Shown here one piece after another: positions 1 through 11,262 of a DNA stretch of 64,000 nt (positions within the stretch are counted from its first letter, which is position 1; each line of letters opens with the position of its first letter). The position numbers were made by a program, and so were the translations under genes. This stretch comes from the human T2T-CHM13v2.0 reference genome, Homo sapiens: NCBI RefSeq assembly GCF_009914755.1, contig NC_060945.1, one strand, 5' to 3'. The notes beneath the pieces are model-generated. The model searched no databases. It worked only from the letters and a program-made list of their open reading frames with translations, and was not told the origin of the DNA.

Positions 1-412
1 CTCTTCAGCCCTATGCTATAGTTTAGTCTACACCACAATACACCTTTATTTTCATACCTTAGGAGAATATTAACTCTTCAGCCATATGCTATAGTTTAGT
101 CCACACCACAGTACACCTTTATTTTCATACCTTATGGGAATATTAACTCTTCAGCCCTATGCTGTAGTTTAGTTCACACCACAGTACACCTTTATTTTCA
201 TACCTTAGGAGAATATTAACTCTTCAGCCCTATGCTATAGTTTAGTCCACACCATAGTACACCTTTATTTTCATATCTTAGGAGAATATTAACTCTTCAG
301 CCCTATGCTATAGTTTAGTCCACACCACAATACACCTTTATTTTCATACCTTAGGAGAATATCAACTCTTCAGCCCTATGCTATAGTTTAGTCCACACCA
401 CAGTACACCTTT
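1..412. repeat. 73-bp minisatellite (VNTR), ~5.6 copies visible, runs off the left edge
   Basis: Unit ctcttcagccctatgctatagtttagtccacaccacagtacacctttattttcataccttaggagaatattaa restarts at 1, 74, 147, 220, 293 and 366 with few substitutions and no spacers. Confidence 0.97.
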
Positions 413-859
413 ATGACTTGGCAATGCAGGCTCTTTTTTGGTTCCATATGAACTTTAAAGTAGTTTTTTCCAATTCTGTGAAGAAAGTCATTGGTAGCTT
501 GATGGGGATGGCATTGAATCTATAAATTACCTTGGGCAGTATGGCCATTTTCATGATATTGATTCTTCCTATCCATGAGCATGGAAGGCTTTTCCATTTG
601 TTTGTGTCCGCTCTTATTTCCTTGAGCAGTGGTTTGTAGTTCTCCTTGAAGAGGTTCTTCAATCCCTTTTAAGTTGTATTCCTAGGTACTTTATTTTCTT
701 TGTAACAATTGTGAATGGGAGTTCACTCATGATTTGGCTCTCTGTTTGTCTGTTATTTGTGTATAGGAATGCTTGTGATTTTGCACATTGAAGAAGTTGC
801 TTGTCAGCTTAAGAAAAACCTCCTGAGACGATGGGGTTTTCTAAATATACAATCATGTA
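413..859 (-). mobile_element. L1PA internal ORF2 fragment (post-RT region), with a small internal deletion
   Basis: ORF 411..662(-) reads [13 protein letters not shown]...[56 protein letters not shown], matching L1 ORF2p. No 3' UTR or polyA is present. Confidence 0.93.
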
Positions 860-1341
860 ATTGACTTTATTTCTTGGTCTTTAAAGATACTGGACACAGC
901 CACTGCATAGAAATTCCAAAAAAAAAGCGTATGCTTCTCCTCATATATAGCCTATCAATTTCAAGTAGCAAAGAAAATGGAAGACATTTTTATTCTTCAC
1001 TTTTCTCAGTTGATCAGGATTAATAACTAGAAAATGAGTATTCTGCTTCCCTTCACACATGATATGCATTTGATGGGATAATTAGATCAACATCACTCTT
1101 ACTTTCTACAGTCATTGTGACTGCATTTGGGAAGAGAAAATGTGCCAGTACAAAACCATATTGCAGTATATAAATACAATTGTTTTATTTATTTCCTAGT
1201 TACAGAACTGTGAAACATATTCACTGTCAACTAAATACTAATGATTATGACAGTTTTTCCCTGACACAATATTTTCCCAGATACATATGATCGTTTATTG
1301 TCATTTTTAACATTTTCTTATAACGATTGTTGATTGTAGCC

Positions 1342-3946
1342 TGTATTAGTTCGTACTCACACTGCTGATAAAGACATACCCAAGGCCAGGTGCAGTGGCT
1401 CATGCTTGTAATCCCAGCACTTTGGGGGGCTGAAGCAGGTGGATCATGAGGTCAGGCATTCAAGACCAGCCTGGCCAAAATGGGGAAACCCTGTCTCTAC
1501 TAAAAACACAAAAATTAATGGGGCTTGGTGTAATCCAGCTACTCAGAAGGCTGTGATCCCAGCTACTCAGGAGGCTGAGGCAGGAGAATTTGCTTGAACC
1601 TGGGAGGTGGAGGTTTCAGTGAACTGAGATCGCACCACTGCACTCCAGCCTGGGCAAGAGTGAGATTTCATGTCAAAAAAAAAAAAAAAAAAAAAAAAAA
1701 AGACATGTCTGGAACTGAGAAGAAAATGAGATTTCATGGACTTACAGTTCCACATGGCTGGAGAGGCCTCATAATCATGGCAGAAGGGAAGGAGGAGCAA
1801 ATCACGTCTTACATGGATGGTGGCAGGCAACGAGAGAGAGCTTATGCCTGGAAACTTCCATTTTTAAAACAGTCAGATCTCATGAGACTTATTCACTAGC
1901 ACACGAACAGCATGAGAAAGACCATGATTCAATTATCTCCCACCGGGTCCCTCCCACCATGTGGGAATTATGGGGGCTACAAGATAAGATTTGGGTGGGG
2001 ACACAAAGCCAATCCATATCATTCTGTCTCTGGCCCCTCCCAAATCTCATGTTTTCACATTTCAAAACCAATCATGCCTTTCCAACAGTCTCCCAAAGTC
2101 TTAACTCATTTCAGGATTAACTGAAAAGTTCACAGTCCAAAGTCCTATCTAAGACAAGGCAAGTCCCTTCTGCCTATGAGCCTATCAAATCAAAAGCAAG
2201 TTAGTTACTTCTTAGGTGCAATGGGGGTACAGCCAATGGGTAAATACAGCCATTCCAAATGAGAGAAATTGGCCAAAACAAAGGGGCTACAGGTTCCATG
2301 CAAGCTCAAAATCCAGTGGGACAGGTCAAATCTTAAAGCTCCAAAATGATCTTCTTTGACTCCATGTCTCACATCCAAGTCATACTGATGCAAGAGGTGA
2401 GTTTCCTTGGTCTTCAGTAGCTCCACCCTTAAGGCTTTGCAGGGTACATCCTCTCTCCCAGCTGCTTTTACCAGCTGGCATGGAGTGTCTGTGGCTTTTT
2501 CAGGCACACACACAGTGCAAGCTGTCAGTGGATCTACCATTCTGGGATTTGGAGGGCCCTCTTTTCACAGCTCCACTAGATGGTACCCCAGTAGGGACTC
2601 TGTGTGGGGGCTCCAACCCTACATTTTCCTTCTGAGCTGCCTTAGCAAAGGTTCTCCATGAGAGCCCTGCCCCTGCAGTGAACTTCTGCCTGGGCATCCA
2701 GGCATTTCTATACATCCTCTGAAATCTAGCAGGAGGTTCCCAAACCTCAATTCTTGACTTCTGTGTCTGTGTATCCACAGGCTCAACACCATGTGGAAGC
2801 TACCAAGGCTTGAGGCTTGCACCCTCTGAAGCCACAGCTCAATCTGTACCTTGGACCCTTTTAGTAACAGCTGGAACAGCTGGGGCACAGAGCACCAAGA
2901 CCCTAGACTGCACACAGCATGGAGACCCTGGACCTGCCCCACAAAACTATTTTTTCTTCCTAAGCCTCTGGGCCTGTGATCGGAGGGGCTTCTGTGAAGA
3001 CCTCTGACATGCCCTGGAGACATTTTCCCCACAGTCTTGGAGATTAATATTTGGCTCCTCATTATTTATGCAAATTTCTGCAGGCAGCTTCAATTTTTAC
3101 TCAGAAATGATATTTTCTCTTCTATCGCAGTGTCAGGCTGTACATTTTCTAACTTTTATGCTCTGTTTCCCTTTTAAAACTGAATGCCTTTACCACCACC
3201 CAAGTCACATCTTGGATGCTTTGTTGCTTAGAAATTTCTTGCACCAGATACCCTAAATTATCTCCCTCAAGTTCAAAGTTCCAGAAATCTCTAGGGAAGG
3301 GGCAAAATGCTGCCAGTCTCTTTGCTAAAACATAACAAGAGTCGCCTTTGCTCCAGTTCCCAACAAGTTCCTCATCTCTATTTGAAACCACCTCAGCCTG
3401 GATTTCTTTGTCTATCATTATCAGCATTTTGGTCAAAGCCATTCAACAAGTCTCTAGAAAGTTCCAAACTTTCCCACATTTTCCTGTCTTCTTCTGAACC
3501 CTCCAAACTCTTCCAACCTCTGCCTGTTACCCAGCTCCAAAGTCACTTCCACATGTTCAGGTATCTTTTCAGTAACACCTGACTCTACTGGTACCAATTT
3601 ACTGTATTAGTCCAATTTCATGCTGCTGATAAAGACATATCTGAGACTGGGAGGAAAAATAGGTTTAAGGGACTTACAGTTCCACATGGCTGGGGAGGAG
3701 TCACAATCATGGTGGAAGGCAAGGAGGAGCAAGTCACATCTTACATGGATGGTGTCAGGCAAAGAGAGAAAGCTTGTGCAGGGAAATTCCCTTTTTCAAA
3801 ACCATCAGATCTTGTGAGACTTATACACAATTATGCGAACACTCCCATGATTCAGTTATCTCCCACTGGGTCCCTCCCACTGCACGTGGGAATTATGGAA
3901 GCTACAATAGGAGATTTGGGTGAGGACCCAGAGCCAAACCATATCA
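1342..3946 (-). mobile_element. Full-length THE1 (THE1B/C-like) MaLR element: LTR 3603-3946, internal 2022-3602, LTR 1342-2021 (Alu-interrupted)
   Basis: Both LTRs read tgtattagt...ccatatca. 5-bp TSD TAGCC at 1337-1341 and 3947-3951. Internal peptides EIQAEVVS..EELVGNWSKGDSCY are shared with the other THE1 copies. Confidence 0.95.
1384..1701 (+). mobile_element. AluS (Sg-like) inserted in the THE1 LTR
   Basis: ggccaggtgcagtggctca start, dimeric structure, long polyA to 1701; the LTR resumes at aagacat. Confidence 0.95.
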
Positions 3947-4867
3947 TAGCCTTTCTATAAAATGTATTTTCTGTTGATGCAATTTATCTTTAATTAAAAT
4001 TAACTTTAATATGTATTGTCAAAATCGTGGTCTCTAAAATAGTTATATATATATGAAGATACATGTATACAATAATAAGAGTTTTGTTATATATCCACTC
4101 CACCTTAAAATAAACACAAACAGTACAGTTGAAACTTCCTGATTACTTATTTCCAGTTGAAGAATATCATAATTTTTAATTTCATGCATACTTATATATT
4201 TTTAAATGATATAATGTGGTTTTATTTTTTAAGTTTTGCAAATGAAATTCTATGCAAATTCTTTGGCAACTTTATTTTTCTGAAAACCTAATTGTAATTT
4301 TCATACTTGGAGACTACATTAGTTTTCACAGCAGTTTGATATTATATTATGTGAAAATGTCATAATTTCTGTGGATTCTCAGTTCATAAAATTCTACATT
4401 ATATCCAGCACTGAGCTGTCACAAACAATGCTGGTTTACAGAGTTTTATATATGTATCTCAGAGGATTAAACAATAACTTTTTCTATGATCAATCTGGAA
4501 TTGCTAAGACTTAGGGCTAGAACACCTTTTTCATTACCAGATTTTGTGGGCTTCTGTTCTTCTGAGTACCTGGACCAATTTTTATTATATCAGCAATAAT
4601 AGGGAGTATTCTGTTACTCTAAATTCTTGACATCACAATATTCTTAGTAGTCATTTTAATGCATTGTATTTTAAATAATTTTCTTGAAGGTACTATATTT
4701 AAAGCCAAATAGAGAAATCAGGTTTAATATTTATATATTTGTATTTATGTATGTGTGGTACACAAGATATTATAACTCAAGATCTTGTATCTCAAGATGA
4801 GGATGCTAAACATTTCCGAAGTCACAGAAAGACTTGCTGACTCACCCCACCTCTCAGCCCTTAACTG

Positions 4868-5092
4868 CTACACTGTTGATGGGAATGTAAATTGGTACAG
4901 CCATTATGGAAAACAGTAGGCAGGTTCTTAAAGATATTAAAAATATAACTATTATATAATCCTACTTCTAGATATATACTCAAAGGAAATGAAATAATTA
5001 TCTTGATATTTGCAATCTCATGTTCACTACTGCATTATTCACAATAGCGAAGATATGAAAACGTGTTGACAGATGAATGAATAAAGAAAATG

Positions 5093-5146
<54 letters not shown>

Positions 5147-5646
5147 GAATATTTTTCAGACTTAAAAAAGAAAATCCTGCCATTTGCAACTCTGTGTATG
5201 AACCTGTAGCATGTTAGGCTAAGTGAAATCAGATGCAGAAATACAAATACTGCATGATCTCTCTAATTGTGGAATCTAAAAAAGTTGAACTCACACAAAC
5301 AGAGAGTAGAATGAGGGTTGCCAGAGGCTGTGGGGTAGGAAAAACAGGGAGCTGTTGATCAAAGGGTACAAAGTTTCAGTTACTTAGGATGAATAAGTTC
5401 TGGAAAGATAATGTAGAACATGGCTACTATAGTTGATAATATAGTATTGCATTCCTCAAGTTTGATAAGGGAAAAGATATTAAGTGTTCTCACTACATGT
5501 ACACACACACAATTGATGACTTTGTGAGGTGATAAATATGTTAATTAGCTTGACTGTGGTAATCACTTCACAGTGTATATGTACATTAAAACATCACATT
5601 TAATACCTTAAATATATACATTTTTTGTTAATTATACTGCAATAAA
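4868..5646 (+). mobile_element. L1MA/L1MB 3' end fragment
   Basis: cactgttgatgggaatgtaaattggtacagccattatggaaaacag and atcctgccatttgcaac are typical L1M ORF2-end/3'UTR motifs; ends at AATAAA. Confidence 0.85.
5094..5143. repeat. (CA)n microsatellite
   Basis: About 25 uninterrupted CA units. Confidence 0.98.
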
Positions 5647-5729
5647 TCTGGGGATGGGGAGAGATACTAGAGGTATAGAAGGCTGTGAAGGTCATGAAGT
5701 TAGAAATAAATAGATTGACTTGAAACATG

Positions 5730-5972
5730 CTTTTTTTTGCTTTTACTTTTAATTTAATTTAATTTAATTTTTTGAGTCAGGGTCTCACTCTATCACCCAG
5801 GCTGGAGTGCAATGGTGCAATCATGGCTCACTACAGCCTTAAAATCCTGGGCTCAGGTGATCCTCCCACCTCAGCCTCCCAAGTAACTGGGAGTACAGGC
5901 TCACAGCATGCCCAGCTAATTTTTTTGTGCAGTTTTTGTAGAGATGGGGTTTCCCCATATTGCTCAGGCTGG
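5730..5972 (-). mobile_element. 5'-truncated AluJ
   Basis: Right arm plus part of the left arm, T-rich tail. 10-bp TSD TTGAAACATG at 5720-5729 and 5973-5982. Confidence 0.9.
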
Positions 5973-6039
5973 TTGAAACATGTTTAGAAGGTGATGTAAC
6001 AGATCTTTATAACTGACAGATGGTGAGAAGAGAATTACT

Positions 6040-7775
6040 AGATAAAATTGACATAAACAAAAGTAGAACTAATAAGTGAATTTAATGAGGTCCAGACAAA
6101 AAGCAAACATTTCCAAAAAATCAAATGATATACTATACACTGGAAATAAATAAATTTTAAAAAAGAGAAGAACTGGAAATGTGGAATACATACTTAGAAA
6201 AACTTTAAAAAGAAGATGTGATTAATCTGTACACTGAAATTTATAAAATATTCTTTGAGAAACTAACTTAAAATATATAAATAGGCAACACATAAATAAA
6301 AAATAAAAGTATAAAATAGGGTGTAAAAATAGAAACTAACTTATGATAAAGTCATTCTCCAATAAATTTAATGAGAAGAAAAATCTTCTGAGCAAATACT
6401 AATAAGACAATTAAAAATATATGTAATGATTATACATATGCATATGTATCTATGTATCTGTGTGTATATGCATTAAATATAATAAAAATTTTATATGTGT
6501 ATATGAAGATAGTTTCTGACTAACAATGGTTCAACTTACAGTTTTTCAACTTGCAATGGCTTTATCAGGGTGTAACCTCCATTGTAAGTCAAGGAACACC
6601 TGTATATACATATATATATATATGGTGATGAAATTAAGCTAGATTGTAGAACTAAATGAAAAAGTAAAATATGTTACCCTTCTAGAATAAAATTTAGCAG
6701 GATCCCTTCAACATCATGATGCCTTAAATTTTTCTTAGAGAGCAAACTGAATGCAGTAGGCATGACAGGAAAATTGCTAAACTATACTTTACTAGACTTA
6801 AAATTTCTCCTCATTGAAAACCTAAATTGGTAAGCCACAGACTAAAAGATATTCACAAAATATACATCTAAAAAGAAGACTTATATCCAAAATCTCTGAA
6901 GAATTTTAACTCAATAATAAAAATATTTAAAAATCCAGTGAAAAGTGGATAAAATAATCTAATAAACATTTGCAAAGGACACAAATAAATGGCAGAGAAT
7001 AACAACAAAAGCAAAACAAATTAAAAAATGCAGCATCACTAGTTATCACAAAACTGCAAATTAAAACCATAATGAGATACCATTACACACCTAGTAGAAT
7101 GGCTAAAATTTAGAAGTCTAACAGTATCAGCTGTTAGCACAGATTTTAAGCAATGAGTCTCTTAAATATTGCTTGTAGAAATGTTAAATAGTCCAGCCAT
7201 TTCAAAAAAGAGTTTTTCAATTTCTTTAAAACTTATGCCTACCTTATGACCCAGCAATTTTACTCCAAAACAATTAAATCCTATGTTTATAAATGATTGT
7301 ATAGGCATGTTAATAACATCTTTATTTTTTATAGACAATAGTGGAAAAAATTCAAAAGTCCATCAGCAGATCTGTTGAACAAATTTTGGTTTATTTGTAG
7401 AATTGAAAACAACTCGGTAAAAACAAAATAAATAAATAAATAAATGATTGCTCTGTCAACAGTATGGCTCAATACCAAAAACATTATGTTGAAGGAAATT
7501 AGCCAGGCACAAAAGAGTACATTCTGTATGATCCCATTTGGTGAGATTCAAAGACTGACTAAATCAATCTATGCTAGAAATCATAAAAGAGGTGGCCTAA
7601 GCCAGGAGTTGGTAAAAAACTAGAAAATGCCATGTGGGAAATTTCTACAGTGAAGGAATTTATACCATAATTTGGGTATTGCTTACAATAGTATATACAT
7701 TTGTCAATAGTTAATATATTTTGCAGTTGAGTTCTATGCATTTTTCTGCATTCAAATTTTATTTAATAAAAATGA
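6040..7775 (+). mobile_element. Degraded old L1M (L1MC/MD/ME-type) ORF2 end and 3' UTR fragments
   Basis: A-rich strand with tgcaaattaaaaccataatgagataccattacacacctagtagaatggctaaaat and agccaggcacaaaagagtacattctgtatgatccc. Confidence 0.7.
6506..6602. mobile_element. Miniature MER47/Tigger5-like MITE (both termini, interior deleted)
   Basis: gactaacaatggttcaacttac ... ccattgtaagtcaaggaacacctg matches the two MER47 ends; TA-rich flanks. Confidence 0.7.
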
Positions 7776-8034
7776 ACATAAAAAACAAAACTCTTTAGAA
7801 GAGAAAATGAGATTTCAGAGAGAGTAAATAAAACGTGGAATTTTTTCTAGAGCACAGGTCTCTATTCTACAAATTGAAGTCCATTTCCCTTAATTTGAAA
7901 AATTGAGAAATAAGGCTAATAATGTTCTTACTTTAAAGCTTAGGGAAAAGTCAAAAATTTTTAAGTAAATGGAAATAAAGAGTTGATCTTGAAAGCTTAA
8001 CTCTGAAAGCTGAACTCTATTGAAACTGTATGTA

Positions 8035-8178
8035 TTTGGTAGAAACTGCATTTTGAGTACTCATAACCATTTCGTGTTTCTCTTTCAAAATAGTATTCAA
8101 AGATTACATGAGATATTCAACATTTTATTATAAATAGGCTTTGGATTAGATGTTTTTGCCCACCTTGAGGCTAATGTA
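8035..8178. mobile_element. MER47A internal fragment without termini
   Basis: catgagatattcaacattttattata(a)aataggctttgg is shared with the copy at 9229-9550. Confidence 0.8.
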
Positions 8179-9228
8179 AAGCTGAACTCTGAATTAATGT
8201 AAATTTTGTTTGCTAGAAAGGTATAACATATTAGTATAAATAAGATGGAAGTTCTTTTTTTTGTATTTGTACGATATTTTTATTTAATATTTTAATGCAT
8301 TTGTTCTGTTTCCCGCTTTTATCTACATGTCTCTCATTTTTAAATAACTTTGGTAGTGTTTGGAGAAAAGTATAAACTTTATCAATTTAAAAAAAAACTT
8401 GAGACATTTTAAACCTAAAAAATCTTCACTTGAATTGTTTGTATCTAATATGTTTATAGAAGAACAATAACCTTACTTGTTATCATCTTTTTGCACTTCA
8501 ATATTCAAAATAATTTGCTGAAATATTTTAATCAAATGTCTGGCTTTTCAAAAAAAAGTCATAAACTCTTTGTGGGACAAATTTTAAAATAATACTTAGC
8601 ATATGAATACATAGTTTGTGATATATATTACCCTAAAATTAAAATGTAGTTACACTTTAATATATGGTTTAATTAATTGATTTTACTCTATGCTGTGTGA
8701 AAGCTAAAAAACACAGAAATGTGTTCAGGATCCTGAAAACAATTCTGCATCAGAAGAAAACTAATGTTTATCTTCTACCAGACATTTATGTTTATTCAAT
8801 AAATCATTTAATCTACTTCAAATTATTTTGGACAATAATGCCTAACTAATGTGGCTATAAGGTTAAGTCTTGTATTGACTAATAGTAAGTCTTGTCATTA
8901 AACTTAATCCATTATACTGTAAATGTCACTCCCTCAAGCTCTACTTCTAATCAATATACTCTACTATCTTTTCCATCAGATGAGCTACAGTCAGCCCATG
9001 GACTAGTATTGACTCCATTCCTATTAAGAGATAATAACATGCACATAGAACTTTTTCCAGTCTTTTAACACAAACAGAAGTCTGTATGATACAATTATTT
9101 CATAATCTGAAATTTTCAAGTTTTTAAAATATAAGGGAGGTTCTTTTTGGTCTTTTTAATATACCAATCCTTTTCTATGAAGGTATCAGAGCATCCTCTC
9201 TATATATGTATACACACAGAGACAGAGC

Positions 9229-9550
9229 AAGATAGTCTCCAAATTATGATTCGACTTATTTCAACTTTGTCATGTGCAAAAGCAATAAGCTTTCAGTAGA
9301 AACTGTATTTTAAATACCCATATAACAATTTTGTGTTTCACTTTCAATACAGTATTCAATAAATTGCATGAGATATTCAACATTTTATTATAAAATAGGC
9401 TTTGGGTGAGATGATTTTGCCCAACTTACTTACATTAATGTAAGTTTTCTGAGCATGTTTAAGATAGGCCAGGCTAAACTATGATGTTCAGTAGGTTATG
9501 TATATCAAACACATTTTTTCCTTATGATAATTTCAGTTTATAATGGATTA
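9229..9550. mobile_element. MER47A (Tigger5-derived MITE), one terminus lost
   Basis: ttcagtagaaac...ctgagcatgtttaagataggccaggctaaactatgatgttcagtaggtt matches the recalled consensus. Confidence 0.85.
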
Positions 9551-9552
9551 CG

Positions 9553-10449
9553 CAAAATGGTAGATCCACCAACAGCTTGCACCATGCACCTGGAAAAGAC
9601 ACAGGTATTCAATGCCAGCTGGTGAAAGCACCCAAAGGGGCTGCACCCTGCAGAGCCACAGGGGCAGAGTTGCCCACGGCTGTAGGAGCCCATCCATTGC
9701 ATCGGTGTTATCTGGATGTGAGACATGTAGTCAAAGGAGATTATTTTGGAGCTTTAAGATTTAATGACTGCCCTGCTGGGTTTGGACTTGCACAGGGTTT
9801 GTAGCCCCCTTGTTTGGCTGATTTCTCCCCCTTGGAATGGGAGTATTTAGACAATGCTTGTACTCCTATTGTATCTTGGAAGTAATTAACTTATTTATTT
9901 TACAGGCTCATGGGCAGAAAGTACTTGCCTTGTCTCAGATGAGATTTTTGGGCTGCAGACTTTTCAGTTAATGCTGAAATGAGTTAAGGCATTGGGGGAC
10001 TGTTGAAAAGGGTTGATTGTATTTTGCAATGTGAAAATAACATAAAATTTGAGTGGAGCTAGAGTGAAATGATATGGTTTGGATTTGTGTCCCCAACCAC
10101 ATCTTATATTGAGCTATAATCCCCAATGTTGGAAGAGGGTCCTGGTTGAAGGTGATTGGCTCACAGGGCACACTTCCCCTTTGTTGTTCTCATGATAGTG
10201 AGTGAGTTCTAATGAGATACGGTTGTTTAAAAGTGTGTGTCATCTCTCCCCTGCACTTCCTCCTGCTCCAGCCGTATAAGATGTGACTCCTTCCTCTTCA
10301 CCTTCCATCATGATTGTAAGTTTCCTGAGGTCTCCTCAGCAATGCTTCCTGTACAGCCTGTGGAACTTTGAGTCAATTAAACCTCTTTTCTTTATAAATT
10401 ACCCAGCCTCAGGTAGTTCTTTATAGCAATGTGAGAATGGACTAATACA
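9553..10449 (+). mobile_element. MSTA-like MaLR: 3' part of internal region (9553-10069) plus LTR (10070-10449)
   Basis: LTR tgatatggtttggatttgtgtcccc...atggactaataca. The internal region starts abruptly at caaaatggtagatccaccaacagc. Confidence 0.9.
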
Positions 10450-10454
10450 CCATC

Positions 10455-10508
10455 CCTTGCCAAAAGCCCCCTGGGGAGCAAAATCACCACTAAGTGAGAA
10501 CCCCTGGA
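10455..10508. mobile_element. MER20 terminal fragment
   Basis: ttgccaaaagccccctggggagcaaaatcaccactaagtgagaacccctg resembles the MER20 end. Confidence 0.6.
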
Positions 10509-10922
10509 GCAAGAGAACTGAGAAATATGTTTTACAGAAAGATTTTATAAGTACTATGGAACAGTGACTATTGTATGTGGTTTTTTTTCTTCTCTTTCCA
10601 TACAGGATATTTATTGCAGTTATTTTCTTCTTGTTGCCCTACTGCATGTGAGGAATTGAAGAAGCAGATGAGCTGTCTTTATTTCATATATTTCTGTATC
10701 AAGAGCTTGATATAATGACTGAACTAAACTTTGAAGGTGCTGGGATAAGGATGATTATAGTTTGTATGTGGGAGGGAACTGTGACTGTGAGGAAGACTCA
10801 AGCAAATTTCATTAAGAATTCCAGCTTATTTTGTCTGCTGCTTATCTTTTGCTAGGTGACTGCAGTTTTTCCTAGTATGGATGTGATATATATTTCCCAC
10901 TCTTTAAATTTGAGCCCTCAAT

Positions 10923-11262
10923 TGTCATAGTCCATTTTGTGCTGCTATAACAGAATACCTGAGACATGGTAATATATAATGAATGGAAATTTATTTCTCA
11001 CAATTTTGGAGGCTGTTAAATTTAAGACTGAAGAGTAGGCATCTTTTGGTGGCCTTCTTGTGATGTCATCTCATGGGTGAAGTTGGAAAGGCAAGAGACA
11101 ACCCTCTCCCAAAAGCCCTTTTTGAAAGATATTAAACCCATCCATGAGGACAGAATCCTTGTTGCTTAATCATCTCGAAATAGGCCCACCTGCTAATACT
11201 ATTACAGTGGAAATTAAATTTAAACATAAATTTTGGAGGGAACAAATATTTAAACCATAATA
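10923..11262 (-). mobile_element. MSTC/MSTD-like solo LTR nested in an older MLT1 remnant (~10560-11600)
   Basis: tgtcatagtccattttgtgctgctataacagaatacctgag ... ttttggagggaacaaatatttaaaccata. Confidence 0.8.

Noticed and set aside
1-412. Regular repeat array resembling CRISPR
   Set aside because: Units are contiguous with no unique spacers, the context is eukaryotic, and there are no cas genes; it is a minisatellite.
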